64,000 nt of DNA. Source: Podarcis bocagei (lineage: Eukaryota). Each line of letters starts with the position of its first letter. Position 1 is the stretch's first letter. Positions 1 to 12,131 of the stretch are shown piece by piece. Below the pieces are notes generated by a model that was not told the DNA's origin, searched no databases, and was given only the letters and a program-made list of their open reading frames with translations. The position numbers and the translations under genes were made by a program. The DNA lies in assembly GCA_964188305.1 (NCBI GenBank), contig OZ076885.1; one strand, given 5' to 3'.

Positions 1-2431
1 GTTATTATGCCTTTAACAAGAAGGAAAATGCAAAGTAGAGCAGGTGGGTATTTATTAGAAAATACCCAAGTTTTTAATAAATACTGGCTAGCACGATTTT
101 GCATTTTTATTTCCTTTTTGGAAATAAAAAAGTTTATTCACTATTATGCCTCCAGTTCTATGATAACAATCTATGTTTTTATTTCAACATCCCATGTGAC
201 AACATCCCAAGCTTTATATTTGAATAGGGAAACTGCTGGTGGTGCAAAATAACAATTCACTCAACAGGGATGTTAATGGATATTCTCTCAAAATGGTGTT
301 GGTTATTGGTAAAGTTGAATAAAGGATTTCACTTGTTTGCTACTGCATTTAAAACTTCGTTGTAATTTGATTTAGACAATCAATCTGCTCCTAAGTTGCT
401 GAAGCTGTCTTTTTAATATAAATTCTGAGTTCATTTGGCTTGGGATGTTCATTGTAAAATGAAAGTTTAGGTTTCAGATTGTTAGACCAATTTTTTGCCA
501 TTTTGTTATGGCAAAGCATAGCCTAGAATGATATTCTAATGCTGCATATGGAGAAGAGTTTTCAGCAAACTTGTCCTTAGCCCTAATTTTATGTTAAGAG
601 GGGACTTTATTATGGGATTTCTCTCCAAGAATACTTTCTACTGCTCTTGGAACAAAACATACTGATTTGAATCTAGATGGAAAACGACATAGCTGCTGAG
701 GGAGAGAAGTTTAAAGATTCATTTTGGGTTTTGTAACTAGTCATAAAGTTGAGGGATCAAACTATGAGAGTGGAGCTATGGAATGATAAGGAAATAAAAA
801 AAGGCAGAGGGCAAATGAGGTTTCTGAGCGGGAGGGGCAGCAAATTGAAACAGGCATAAGGGTAGAAGCAGGAGCAGATAACAAGTCCAGTGGATTCAGA
901 TGCCAAGTTCTAACCACATGTCGGTGGACAGATATAATTAGTAGACTGGGTGTGCAAATACTATAGTGAGGTGATGTACTATGCTGAAAAGCTGATGCAT
1001 AAAGTAGTTTGAGGCTTTTTAGAAATAAGAGCATGTCACAGCTAAGTGTGGACAAAATCAACCAAGAGTCTTGTGGCACCTTAACAACTAACACATTTAT
1101 TTTGACATAATTTTCTGTGGGCCAGAGTCCACGTCATCAGATTCTCTGTAAGGACTTGCATTTTCCCTGAACTTCTTTTTGACAAGTTCTGCATAGGCTC
1201 TAAAACTCAGCACTCTACTCAAATAGGTAAAATGCAATTGGCTACATTAGATTGACTTTTTTAAATTTTTAGTTTGAAAGTCTCTGTGTGATGCATTGCA
1301 TTCCTCTTTTTCTTCTTCCTCCCCCCTTTCCCAAATAAACTTTATTTCTGTTCTTTGACATTTTGTTTCATGAGCTGAAAATAGTATTCCTGTGGAATTT
1401 CTCCTTAAAGACTTCCATATGTTAGACTGCACGGTTATTAAGCTAGCTCTTGTATTTCAAAATTACCTCATAGAGTTCTATGGTGTCCTCTAAGCTTTGG
1501 AAAAGTAAAACTAAAGCTCATTTTTCCTAGAATATGGCTGGATCACTCTCTGTAGGATTTACCCCCTCGTCTCCCCAACCCTCCATTGCTGGATAATCTG
1601 GGAGATTTAGTATGACTGGTAGCAACCTATCAGAATTCATCTTTGGTGAAAGCCTTATATGTTCTCTACTTTCTGGGTTCTTGTGAGGTTCTTTTGTGCT
1701 ATAATCAGACACAGCATTGGTCGGGAACATTGGTCTAAAAACAATTTGCATCTGATTTGAAAGTAAAAGTTAATACACAAAACAAAAAAAATATACTGAA
1801 AGATAAATTTGAGTACAAGGAAAGAAAACTGCATCTAATTCTAATACCCCTCCCATTCTGCCTCTCTAATAACTGTACATAACTGTAGTGAAATGGTGTG
1901 TTTTACCCTCCCTGATTTTTAAGCCGCTGCCATCAGGAGAAGATGAGATTCCCATTGTCGTTTTGAATGACATTTGTGTTCTTTGTCTGCCCAAGCCTGC
2001 TAGTGTTTTAGTGAGGACACAGAAGTCTTGGCCTGAACACAGCTTAGCCTGAATTGAATAGATTCATGTCAATGGCTTAATTTGGCATTTGGCACAGTTT
2101 CAACATTATGTTGAAGCTGTTCAACCAGATACTCTGTGAGGGAGGAGGAGCATAGCTTGCATTTTTATGAAATTGTCTGGAACATTAGAATGCATCTTGA
2201 ACTGTTCCGTAGACTCAAAAGTTGCAGCCCCTAATGGTGAGAATCAGATTCTTGAAGTGCGTTTGTAGCATGAGCTGTGGTTGGGGTGGCTTTTTAGGAT
2301 GTTGAAAGTCTCCTGTGTGTAAGAGGTTTGGTGTAACTAATTATGCTATTGGTTAATAACTCTGCTGCAGGAACTTCTCCAACTCTGCAAATCCTGATTT
2401 GTACAGCGGCTGTCCAAGGCTTCCAAGCACA

Positions 2432-5400
2432 ATGGTACTTTCCTGGGCTGCAGTCATTGCTATGTTTGCACTTTCCTCCATTTACTGCCTAGTTTCTCAC
2501 CACGGCCCAGAGCTGTGGTTTCAAGACCTCTTCCCTTCCAAAGTGTGCCCTGCAAACACCAGCATGGATACGCTATATGGCATTATGTTTGATGCAGGAA
2601 GCACAGGGACACGGATTCACATTTACACCTTTGTACAGAGAAGCCCAGGTAAGATCACATGAGAAGGTTCTAAGCCTATGCCGTGGGGACCTTAGATTGT
2701 GAATATATTGTATGCTTTTGCTAATTCTGATACCAATGATCTTACTCATCCTCTAAAAGTTGGAGAACTAGCTTGAGTACTACTGTGACCAGCCATTGAA
2801 ACTTTATTCTGAGCTCTAGAGTTTCTTAATGCTTCATAAGCCTTTATTCTCAGAGCTTCTGTCTTGTTTTCTTTAACCTTTGATCAGTTTGTACATGTTT
2901 GCTTCTCTTCCTAGATAAAGTTCATTGTGGTTCAGTTGTACTGCTTAGTCATGCTTCTTTTGAGAGGGTGTTCAATTTAAAGTGGCTTTATCACAGAAAA
3001 CAGCAGGGGATTTTGGTCTGAAATGTCTGTAACAGAGTGAGTGTTGGAAAGGTGGGAACTTGATAGTGGTATGAGAGGTATATTCACTTCTACAGTGAAT
3101 TGTTAGGAGATTATCAGATAACTGTCAAACAAAACAAATACGTTTTCTAAAAGTTACTCTAGGCAGAGGGGAAGATGTTTTGTAACTTAGAAGGTGGCCT
3201 TGTTTCAATAAATGGATGAGTGGGGGGAGGGAATTGGGAAGGATCACCTTAGGACCTGGGTAGGCAAACTAAAGCCCGGGGGCCGGATCCAGCACAATCG
3301 CCTTCTAAATCCAGCCCGCCGATGGTCCGGGAATCAGCGTGTTTTTACATGAGTAGAATGTGTCCTTTTATTTAAAATGCATCTCTGGGTTATTTGTGGG
3401 CCATAGGAATTCGTTCTTTATTCTCTCTTTTCTTCAAAATATAGTCGGGCCCCCCACAAGGTCTGAGGGACAGTGGACCAGCCCCCTGCTGAAAAAGTTT
3501 GCTGACCCCTGCCTTAGGACATGCTTGATAAATTTTTCAGCTCCTTATTTTGATTGCTTGGCCTTATCCAGATCAGCTTGCTTTGTCACGTTTCAACTAA
3601 TTTTGTGCTCACTTGTTGCCCCAGTAATTCTTTTTACACCTGGATTTGCAGGGCTCAGAATCTCCTTTCCCAAAAGTATACTGAATTTGTCAGTTTGGCT
3701 GCATTTTGAAAACCAAAGCCACAGTGGCCCATACTAGAACATTTTCTGTGTGAAAGAAATAATGTGTTAGATTGATATCCTGTGAAACCAGTAAATTCCT
3801 TTTGATAGATATGCACACATTTGAGAAGATCAACTATTATAAAAGTTGTTTGGCTTGATTTTTGCAGAAAAACCTGCAGAGTTAGAAGGCGAAATCTTTG
3901 AATCAGTCAAGCCAGGACTCTCAGCCTATGCTGATCAGCCTGGAAAGGTACGACTTTCTGATGGCTTTTTGTGACTATTTGGCTCTCTTCCTCCCCACTC
4001 ATTATAAATTCAGTTTATATAACATGAAGAAGAAAAAGAAAGCATAATGGGAAGGCGAGGAGGACAAAGAGGTGGGTGAGAAGTAGATGTTTTGCTGTAC
4101 AGCACCATCAGTAGACATGGCGCTTGACACAGTTTAAGAATGGGGGGGGGGGAGCTGGACAGGAGCTTACAATCTAGGATAGCAGAAGAGGTAAGAGAGG
4201 GTGGGGCAAGAGGAACCTGGGGGGTGGAAGGGACAAATGTGAGTAAATGCAGTTGCATGTACCTGCAACTTAGTTATAGGCGAGAACAAACTTACCAACA
4301 TTTGTGTCTTGGATTTCTCTCCAACTTTAGGGAGCAGAAACAGTCAGACAATTGTTGGACATGGCTAAAGAAGCTGTACCGCCCAGTCACTGGAATAAGA
4401 CCCCAGTAGTCCTGAAAGCCACGGCTGGTCTGAGGCTGTTAGCAGAGCATAAAGCCCAAGCTTTACTCTCTGAGGTAACTTTAGGTTGTATTGCAAGGGG
4501 GTTGGCTTATTGTGTAAAAGTTGGGGGCATATGTAACAAGCTCTTTTCAGTGCTTGCCTATGTGCGGTTTTGCCTTGATTTTAAAAAAAATACTATACCA
4601 GTCTTGTGAGAGGCACTTGTAGATCCTACATCTGCTGTCACGTATGTTTCAATAAATTCCTGTTTTATACCTGAATGCTGGGTGAAAGCGTTTGACTTGT
4701 GCTCACCTTGATTTACCTCCCACTGTTTTTTGTACAGGAGGAAAGTTATGACATCCACTCATCCATGCGTAACCTAGTTTTTTTCATTTCCACAGGTCAG
4801 GGCGGTCTTTGAGGAGTCACCATTTCTAGTTCCTGATAACAGTGTTAGCATCATGGATGGATCTTATGAAGGTGGGTCCTGGGAGGCAGAAAATGGGAAG
4901 GAATGGAGGTGAGTTCCGGGAGAAAGAAAAGGGAGGGGATCAAGTGAGGGAGAATAACCACAGAAGCAAGAGGGAAGGAGTAGCATCTCCCCGAAAGGTA
5001 AAATATTGCTGGTATCACAGTGGCCAAACCACAATATCTTTCTTAGTCCCAAAGAGACGTTTTAAGTTTCCAGAGGAGAATTAGGTTCCATACACAGGAA
5101 AGCAACGAGTCTCCTTGGTTTTAATGGCAACATTTCATAATGCAAGTACTGTTAGATGAAAAGCAGTCACATAGTTTGCAATTAGAAGAAACTCAAGCAA
5201 AGGACAAATTCAGGTAGCCAAACTGGCATAGTGAGTAAATAGTTTTAAGTGTATCTAGCCCAGGGGGGTTGGGAGCCCCTGTATGCCAGAGATGTGCAGG
5301 GTTGGAGACAAAAGTATGCTGCCCGACAGGTGAGACTTTTACCTTTGTACAGTCAGCTACATTGTCAGAGGTCTTTATGCGCACCCCTGCCCCAGTCTCA

Positions 5401-8400
5401 ACAACTGGCATTGTCAAAGGTCAGGGACATAGTCTTTCGGTGAAGGAAAAGCAGTGGAAAAGGATGTGGAACAGGGCTGGAGAGAGGTGTGGCCTATGGA
5501 TGGGGCATGACCTGGTAGGGTTCTGTGAACCAGATGGAAAGGCCTGGAGGGTTGCATTGGCCCCTGAGCCTGAGATTTCCTACCCCTAATCTGACTAACA
5601 ATGACAGCTGGAGTAGAGGTTTTCTGTTTCCTCACAAGCATGGTTTATCAGTCAGCCTACATTTACCAAATGATCTTCAACTCACTTTCCATACCTTTGT
5701 GATGAACAGTGAATTATTGTTTGTTACTTATTGGGAAGTACAGGCAAAAGAGCACAGTCCCTGCCTGCACATTTGCAAGCCAAAATATTTTCTGAGATGG
5801 GAAACAGTGAGCAGTGCAAAGCTATCCCACCATACTTATTGCCCGCCAAACTCAGCCTGGATCCCCCTCACATGTTTAACATGCCAAAGTGGTCAAGTGA
5901 ATTGTCCCTAAGCTGACAAGCCTGTTAAGCATGTCCACTAAGAGTAAAGATAATACATTTTTTGTGGGTTAGAAATGAAGTCAAATATATTTCAAGAGCG
6001 GAATTGTGGAAGGTCTCAAATGGAAAACAGTGAAGGCTGATGGGGGTGCAGACTAGAACATATTCAAAACCTAGGGAAGGATTGGAAGAGATTCTGCTTG
6101 AACAGTGATAGAGGTGGAAATCTAGCAGCAGTGGATATCTTTCTGGATTGCATTTGGGTCTCAAGATAGATTTCAGTTACGTTTCCTTCCTTTTTGCAGG
6201 TATATTAGCCTGGATCACTGTGAACTTTTTGACAGGTAATTACTGCTATGTGATTTCTGTTTTGAGGCTTGGATAGAGTCTGTTCCATAAAAACTGAGTA
6301 GGCAGTTGGATATTTATAGTGCACATTTTCAGAATACTCTGCTTCTGAAATCCATCCAGGGCTTCAGGTAATAGATAACATGGAAGCTCTCTGGGCATGT
6401 GGGTAGCCTTTGAACTTCTTCAATGTTCCCTGCAGGGCAGTTGTATGGCCGGAATCAGCAGACGGTGGGAACCCTGGATCTGGGAGGAGCCTCAACCCAG
6501 ATCACGTTCCTGCCACAGCGGGAGGTGAGGAATCTCGAGGTTGCCAAAATGTTGGATAATTTGGTGCAGGTGTCCCATTTATTTCATGTTTTATTTCATC
6601 TAGATCTAGGCTGCTTTAATCTGGCAGGGTCAGATGGGCGGGGTACAAATAATAAATTATTGTTATGATTAAATTATTATAATAATATTCATTAGGCTTC
6701 TTTGTAAAAGTGTTTTAAATACCAGAAATAATGTAAAATGGTATGTATTTGATAATGTTGCTTTTCAAGCTGTGACTTCCAAAATGTTGCAGCTTATTCT
6801 TTAAAGTAGTGCCTGTATCTTATTATCATACGTATATTCTGACCAGGGAACACGGGTGGCGCTGTGGTCTGAACCACTGAGCCTCTTGGGCTTGCCAATC
6901 AGAAAATTGGCAGTTCGAATCCTCACGACGGGGTGAGCTCCCGTTGCTCTGTCCCAGCTTCTAACCTAGCAGTTCGAAAGCACACTAGTGCGAGTAGATA
7001 AATAGATACCGCTGCAGCAGAAAGGTAAGCAGTGTTTCCATGCTCTCTGGCACTCATCACAGTGTCCCAATGCACTAGTAACAGTTTAGTCATGCTGGCC
7101 ACATGACCCAGAAAGCTGTCTGTGGACAAACGCCAACTCCCTTGGCCTGAAAGCGAGATGAGCACCACAACCCCATAGTTGCCTTTGACTGGACTTAACC
7201 ATCCAGGGGTCCTTTACCTTTTTTCCTTATTGTGAGCTTTCCAGCATCATCAGTTTATGACTGTGACTACATTTATTATCAACCTTCATAGAAGATTTTC
7301 TTCCTTACTACAATAGAGCAGACATTTTCTGAACATTAATAGCTTAAGATTATCAAAATTCTCTTGTCTCTTCAAGACTCATGTGAATGTTATATGCTGT
7401 ACTAATGTTACACAAATGTATCTTGAAATTTAAAAGTCACTGAAGAATCCTTTTTCATTATCCTAATTTTAGGAAACCCTAGAGCAAACACCAATAGATT
7501 TCCTTACCTCATTCGAAATGTTCAACAGCACTTACAAGCTCTACACACACAGGTGAGTGAGGCAGTTCTATGCAAATGACTATTTTTAAGGACACTGTTA
7601 GGTATTTGTCAGGTGTAATATTGCCTTAATAGTTTGTATTGCTTATTCTGAAGTCAGCATCTCTTGCTAGTTATCACAACCCCACATGTGTGTCTTTGGT
7701 CTCATTATAATAAACAGGTAGTTTGTGGATTACTGTAAAGAAGCACATGCTAACATTTCATACATGGGCTTAGCAAGGAGGAGGCTGTTTTAGCAGAGTA
7801 TTGATCTTATATCCTTGTTCATAAAATTGCCTAGTCTTATAAGTGGGATAGGGTGAACTCCGACTTTAACCAAGTGCTGTTTGGCCTTCTTCATTTTACA
7901 GCTATTTGGGGTTTGGTCTGAAGGCTGCACGGCTTGCTACATTGGGAGCCCTGGAAATGGAAGGTACAGTCAGACAGAATAGCTTTGTGTTTGTTTGTGT
8001 GGATGGACTGGGGGGGGGGGGCGTCATCCAGCTGAGTGGATTCATCCAGTTCCTCGAATTTGTCCTGTTCAGAATTATAATGGGAAATGGTCCTAGACCA
8101 GCTTCTGACAGGCTGACTGTCTCTTTATCCCCTTCCTGGTGTGCATTTTCCTTTTAATGAGATTCTGTTGTCACTGAGACAGGTAACATGACACTCTGTA
8201 GGGTTATACAAGCCCGCTGAAAGATAAACTCAGAGAGGAGCCAAATTGTGAAAAGCAATTGTAGCTGCCCTTTGTGGTAGGTAACTGCTTATTAAAACCA
8301 AGCCTCTAGGTGGAGGCGAGTTTGGGTTGTGATTACAAATAAATAAATAAAAATGCACCATGATTATGATCTACATTCTAAACAGTAGATATACTACTTC

Positions 8401-9375
8401 AGCTCTTTTAAACGGTTCAGCAACTCAGCTTCCTGTTTTGCTCGAATGTGAAGAAATTCGGGTTCAGGGGGTGCTCTTCGTACTTGAGAACCTTCTAAGT
8501 ATCGTCTCCTCCTTTTGATTAGCCTTAAACTCGGCCCTCCAGATATTTTGAGACTACAGTTCCCATCATCTCTGACCACTGGTCCTGCTAGCTAAAGATC
8601 ATGGGAGTTGTAGGCCAAAAACATCTGGAGGGCTGAGTTGGAGGAAGCCTGGCCTAGGAGTCCACTAACATATTAATATCAAGACCCTTTGAGTAGCACA
8701 TACAGTTATTATCATTTTCACATCCCATTATCATGCCAACTCACCCAGAATACACTTAGGTTTCATGGCCTCCATCCTGGTGTTGTACATTGCTGCCCCA
8801 TCTATACATTTTTAGTCCAGTTTGGCTGGGAGCAGAAGCATTCCTCAACCTGTATCTGTCTCTTCCATTTTTCACCTACCTGTCTATACAGGACCCACCT
8901 GCCTACATAGAGTTTAGTGCAGGGGTGGGGAATATGTGGCCCTCCAGCTGTTCTTGAATTCCAACACCCATCTGCTCCAACAACCCAGCATGACCAGTGG
9001 TCAGGATTGATGGGAACTATAGTACACCAACATCTGGAAGACCAAAGATTAGCTACTCCTGGTCTAGTGGACTGAGCTTCCTATTTGGGGAAACAAGAAA
9101 AAACTTGATTTTCTTCTATAAATGGACTTTGGCATTTGAACTTTCCCCAACTTCCTTTTCCTGCAAGTACCAAGGGTACTGAAAAACATAAGCATTATTA
9201 ATTTCACCCGATCTATATTCTCTTTAGCGTCAGATGGACGGACGTTCCGAAGTTCATGTTTGCCAAAACAGCTGGAGGCAGAATGGCACTTTGGGGGAGT
9301 GAAATACCAGTATGGTGGTAACAAAGAAGGTAAGTTAGAGAGATAAAGTTTCCCAAGACTGCTGCTGCTCTGGCT

Positions 9376-9433
<58 letters not shown>

Positions 9434-12093
9434 ATCATCATCATCATCTATCTTCTGGTCCCAGGGAGCTTATTGCTGGGGTAATGGCTTGAAATGGTTT
9501 AGACCCAGCCAGAAATAATAATGATCAAGAAACAGATCCACCTGAAAAGCCATTGATTGTGCTCATTGGAGTATATTGTCCCACTGAAGTAACTTGGCCG
9601 GTCTCTGGTATTCTTATTTCGTCTGGGAATCCTTGATCTGAATCTCAGTGAAGCTATCCCTTGCCATAATTTATTTGCTTGATGTGATTTTTATTTTGTG
9701 TGCTCCCCACTTCTAAACGTTTTGCTACTTACACTTGGAGGGTTTTCTTTTTTAAGTAACTATTTTAAATAAAATTCATAGGGCACAGGTGGGGAACCTG
9801 TAGCCTGGAGGCCAGCGGTCCCAATTTAACCTATGAGGCATTTTACCCCAGGCCATACTCACCCCACATGTGACTTCCTAGGACATCAGGTGTAGTACAG
9901 CTGTAGCTACAAAGGAGTGTTAAAGTGCACTAAATTGCCTGCAAGTGGGGCTTGCATTCAATATCTTTAAACTTGGTGCTGAATACCAGATCTTCTGGGA
10001 TTGGCTCCACTCAAGAGACTCCGGAACAGAAGTTCTGAATGAAGCCATCCCTGCCACAAGCAGGGCTTGCTTGTGGCAGAGAAAGCACTGCATAATACTT
10101 CTTTGCAGGCGCAGCTTGCAGCCGCATGGAAACATTTTCCATTTTTGCTCGCTTGGAGTGTGATAAACTTTCAAAACTGACCTGTAGAAGATAGGCCAGT
10201 TCTGGATTTGATTTATTGAAAACAGGAAGTTCTTAAATCATGGATTAAAGATTTATTTTTATTAAAACCTAGTATTTAAGGACAGAGAAGAGAGAAAGCT
10301 GGGAGATGAGTCAGAGATTCATGAAGACACAGAGGCTTTAGTCAGGAAGAGGTGTCAAGATAAGACCTGAGCTATTTTGCACAGGCAATAGCAGGGGACT
10401 TTCTTTTTTGCTAATATTTATTGAGTTTCCATTTCAGATTGCAGCAGGGACAGAACATAAATTTTAGGTCCAGGAAGACAGCATTTCCTTTCTCCTCTGG
10501 CTACTGTGGCTCTGTTTGCATATCATGCTAAGCCAAATGGAAGCTTAGCACAAAGACCCGAGTGAGTGGGCTCCCAGAGATCACAGCCATTTCACTCCTT
10601 CCCCAGTCATTTTGCTTCCATGCTTGAGTTAAACCAGTTTGGCTTAGGGTGTCATCTCAACCCAGGCTTGGGTTGTCCAGGCTAAGCACAAATTCTAACA
10701 AAGTTTTGTCCAGGAGAGCAGAATCACAATCCCAGTTTTGGCCATGGTAAGCCACGGGTTAGCTCGGTGTGGAACAGATGCAAAACAATCAGGGAACGAG
10801 CAAAGCAGCCACCATCTCCTCTCCAAGCCAACACGTTTGTGCTAAGCCATGGTTTGTCTCAGTGTGGTGTGCAAACCAGGCAAATGAGTCACTTCTGCTC
10901 CATTAAAATCTCCATTATTTGGATCACAAGGCTCACAATAAGGTTACCTTGCATAATTCCCTGACATCTATGGCATTTAATATTGGGTGTATGTTCACAG
11001 TTGTAAGAGAGTCATTTTTGTGTAGAGGGCCCCTTTCCCCATCACCTAGGGTTTGCTTGTTTGTTTTTAAAAACCCGTGTATAATCATAAAGCGTAAGGA
11101 TAGAGATGGGAATGTGCCCAGGCTGTGCCAATACTGCAAAGCTGTCAGGAAAGACCATTTACAACTGTTGCACTTTTTCTTAATTTCATTGTTAGCAATT
11201 CTGCACTTATCTGCAGTGGGATTCATGACATGTTGAACTTACCTTTGTGTGTTTACCCTGCCAGGAGAAACGGGATTTGAACCTTGCTATTCTGAAGTGT
11301 TGAAGGTGGTCAAGGGAAAATTGCATCAACCAGATGAGATTCGGCACAGCTCCTTCTATGCCTTTTCCTATTATTACGATCGGGCTGTGGACACCGCCCT
11401 GATAGGTGAATAGCAAACATTTAAAATCTTGAGCTCTATGACCCTTGGGGAATGAATGCCCCTCTTTCAGTCAGTCACCTACACAATGGGACTTGATGAG
11501 CTGTTCCAGATGCTCCTCTATTCATGCAATGAATGCACATGGGTCGTTCATTTGTTGCAGGAATATCTTATTATCCTGACATGGTAAGCACTGGAGGTAT
11601 ATATTGTACCTGAAGAAATATGATTCCCCCAGCCCAGATAGTGTATCCATTGTGAATGCTGGGGAGAATGTGGTTGCACCAGATGTCACTGGCACCTATT
11701 GAATATCACGAGCATGAGCGATGCAGCCAGCACCACTTTATGAACCTTTTAAAACGTGCCTTCCTCTTTTCAGTTGTTTGAGGATGGATTAAAGTGTGGC
11801 TGCAGATGGTTGAGGATAGTGCAAACCCTGAGCCCGGCTTCTGCTGGGGAGGGCGGGATATAAATAAAATTTATGATTATTATTATTAGAACAGAATCCC
11901 TTTAACCTCCGGAAGAGCCTTAACAATAAAGGAGTGTTTTTGCATGCTTCCTTCTGAATAAATGATTGGTGTTATTTCATTCATTCCTATGGAGAATGAA
12001 TGCATCAGCACAGCTGGTTGGGCAGGTGCCACTGCCAGGCTATCATGGCTCAGGGGGTCACCAGCCTTTTTGGGTTGATGGGCACGTTTTGAG

Positions 12094-12131
<38 letters not shown>

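Noticed and set aside
608-619. Near matches to the ZNF410 site CATCCCATAATA (here on the minus strand; also ~44282 inside ZNF410)
   Set aside because: Single, mismatched sites; known ZNF410 action needs dense motif clusters, so autoregulation is unsupported.
1-2370. Possible ENTPD5 5' UTR exons (e.g. ~1152-1226, ~1531-1762)
   Set aside because: Splice-like signals exist but cannot be distinguished from background without transcript data.
6846-6930. tRNA-like A/B boxes (also 13170, 43830, 47590)
   Set aside because: These are SINE heads continuing into SINE bodies; no complete cloverleaf.
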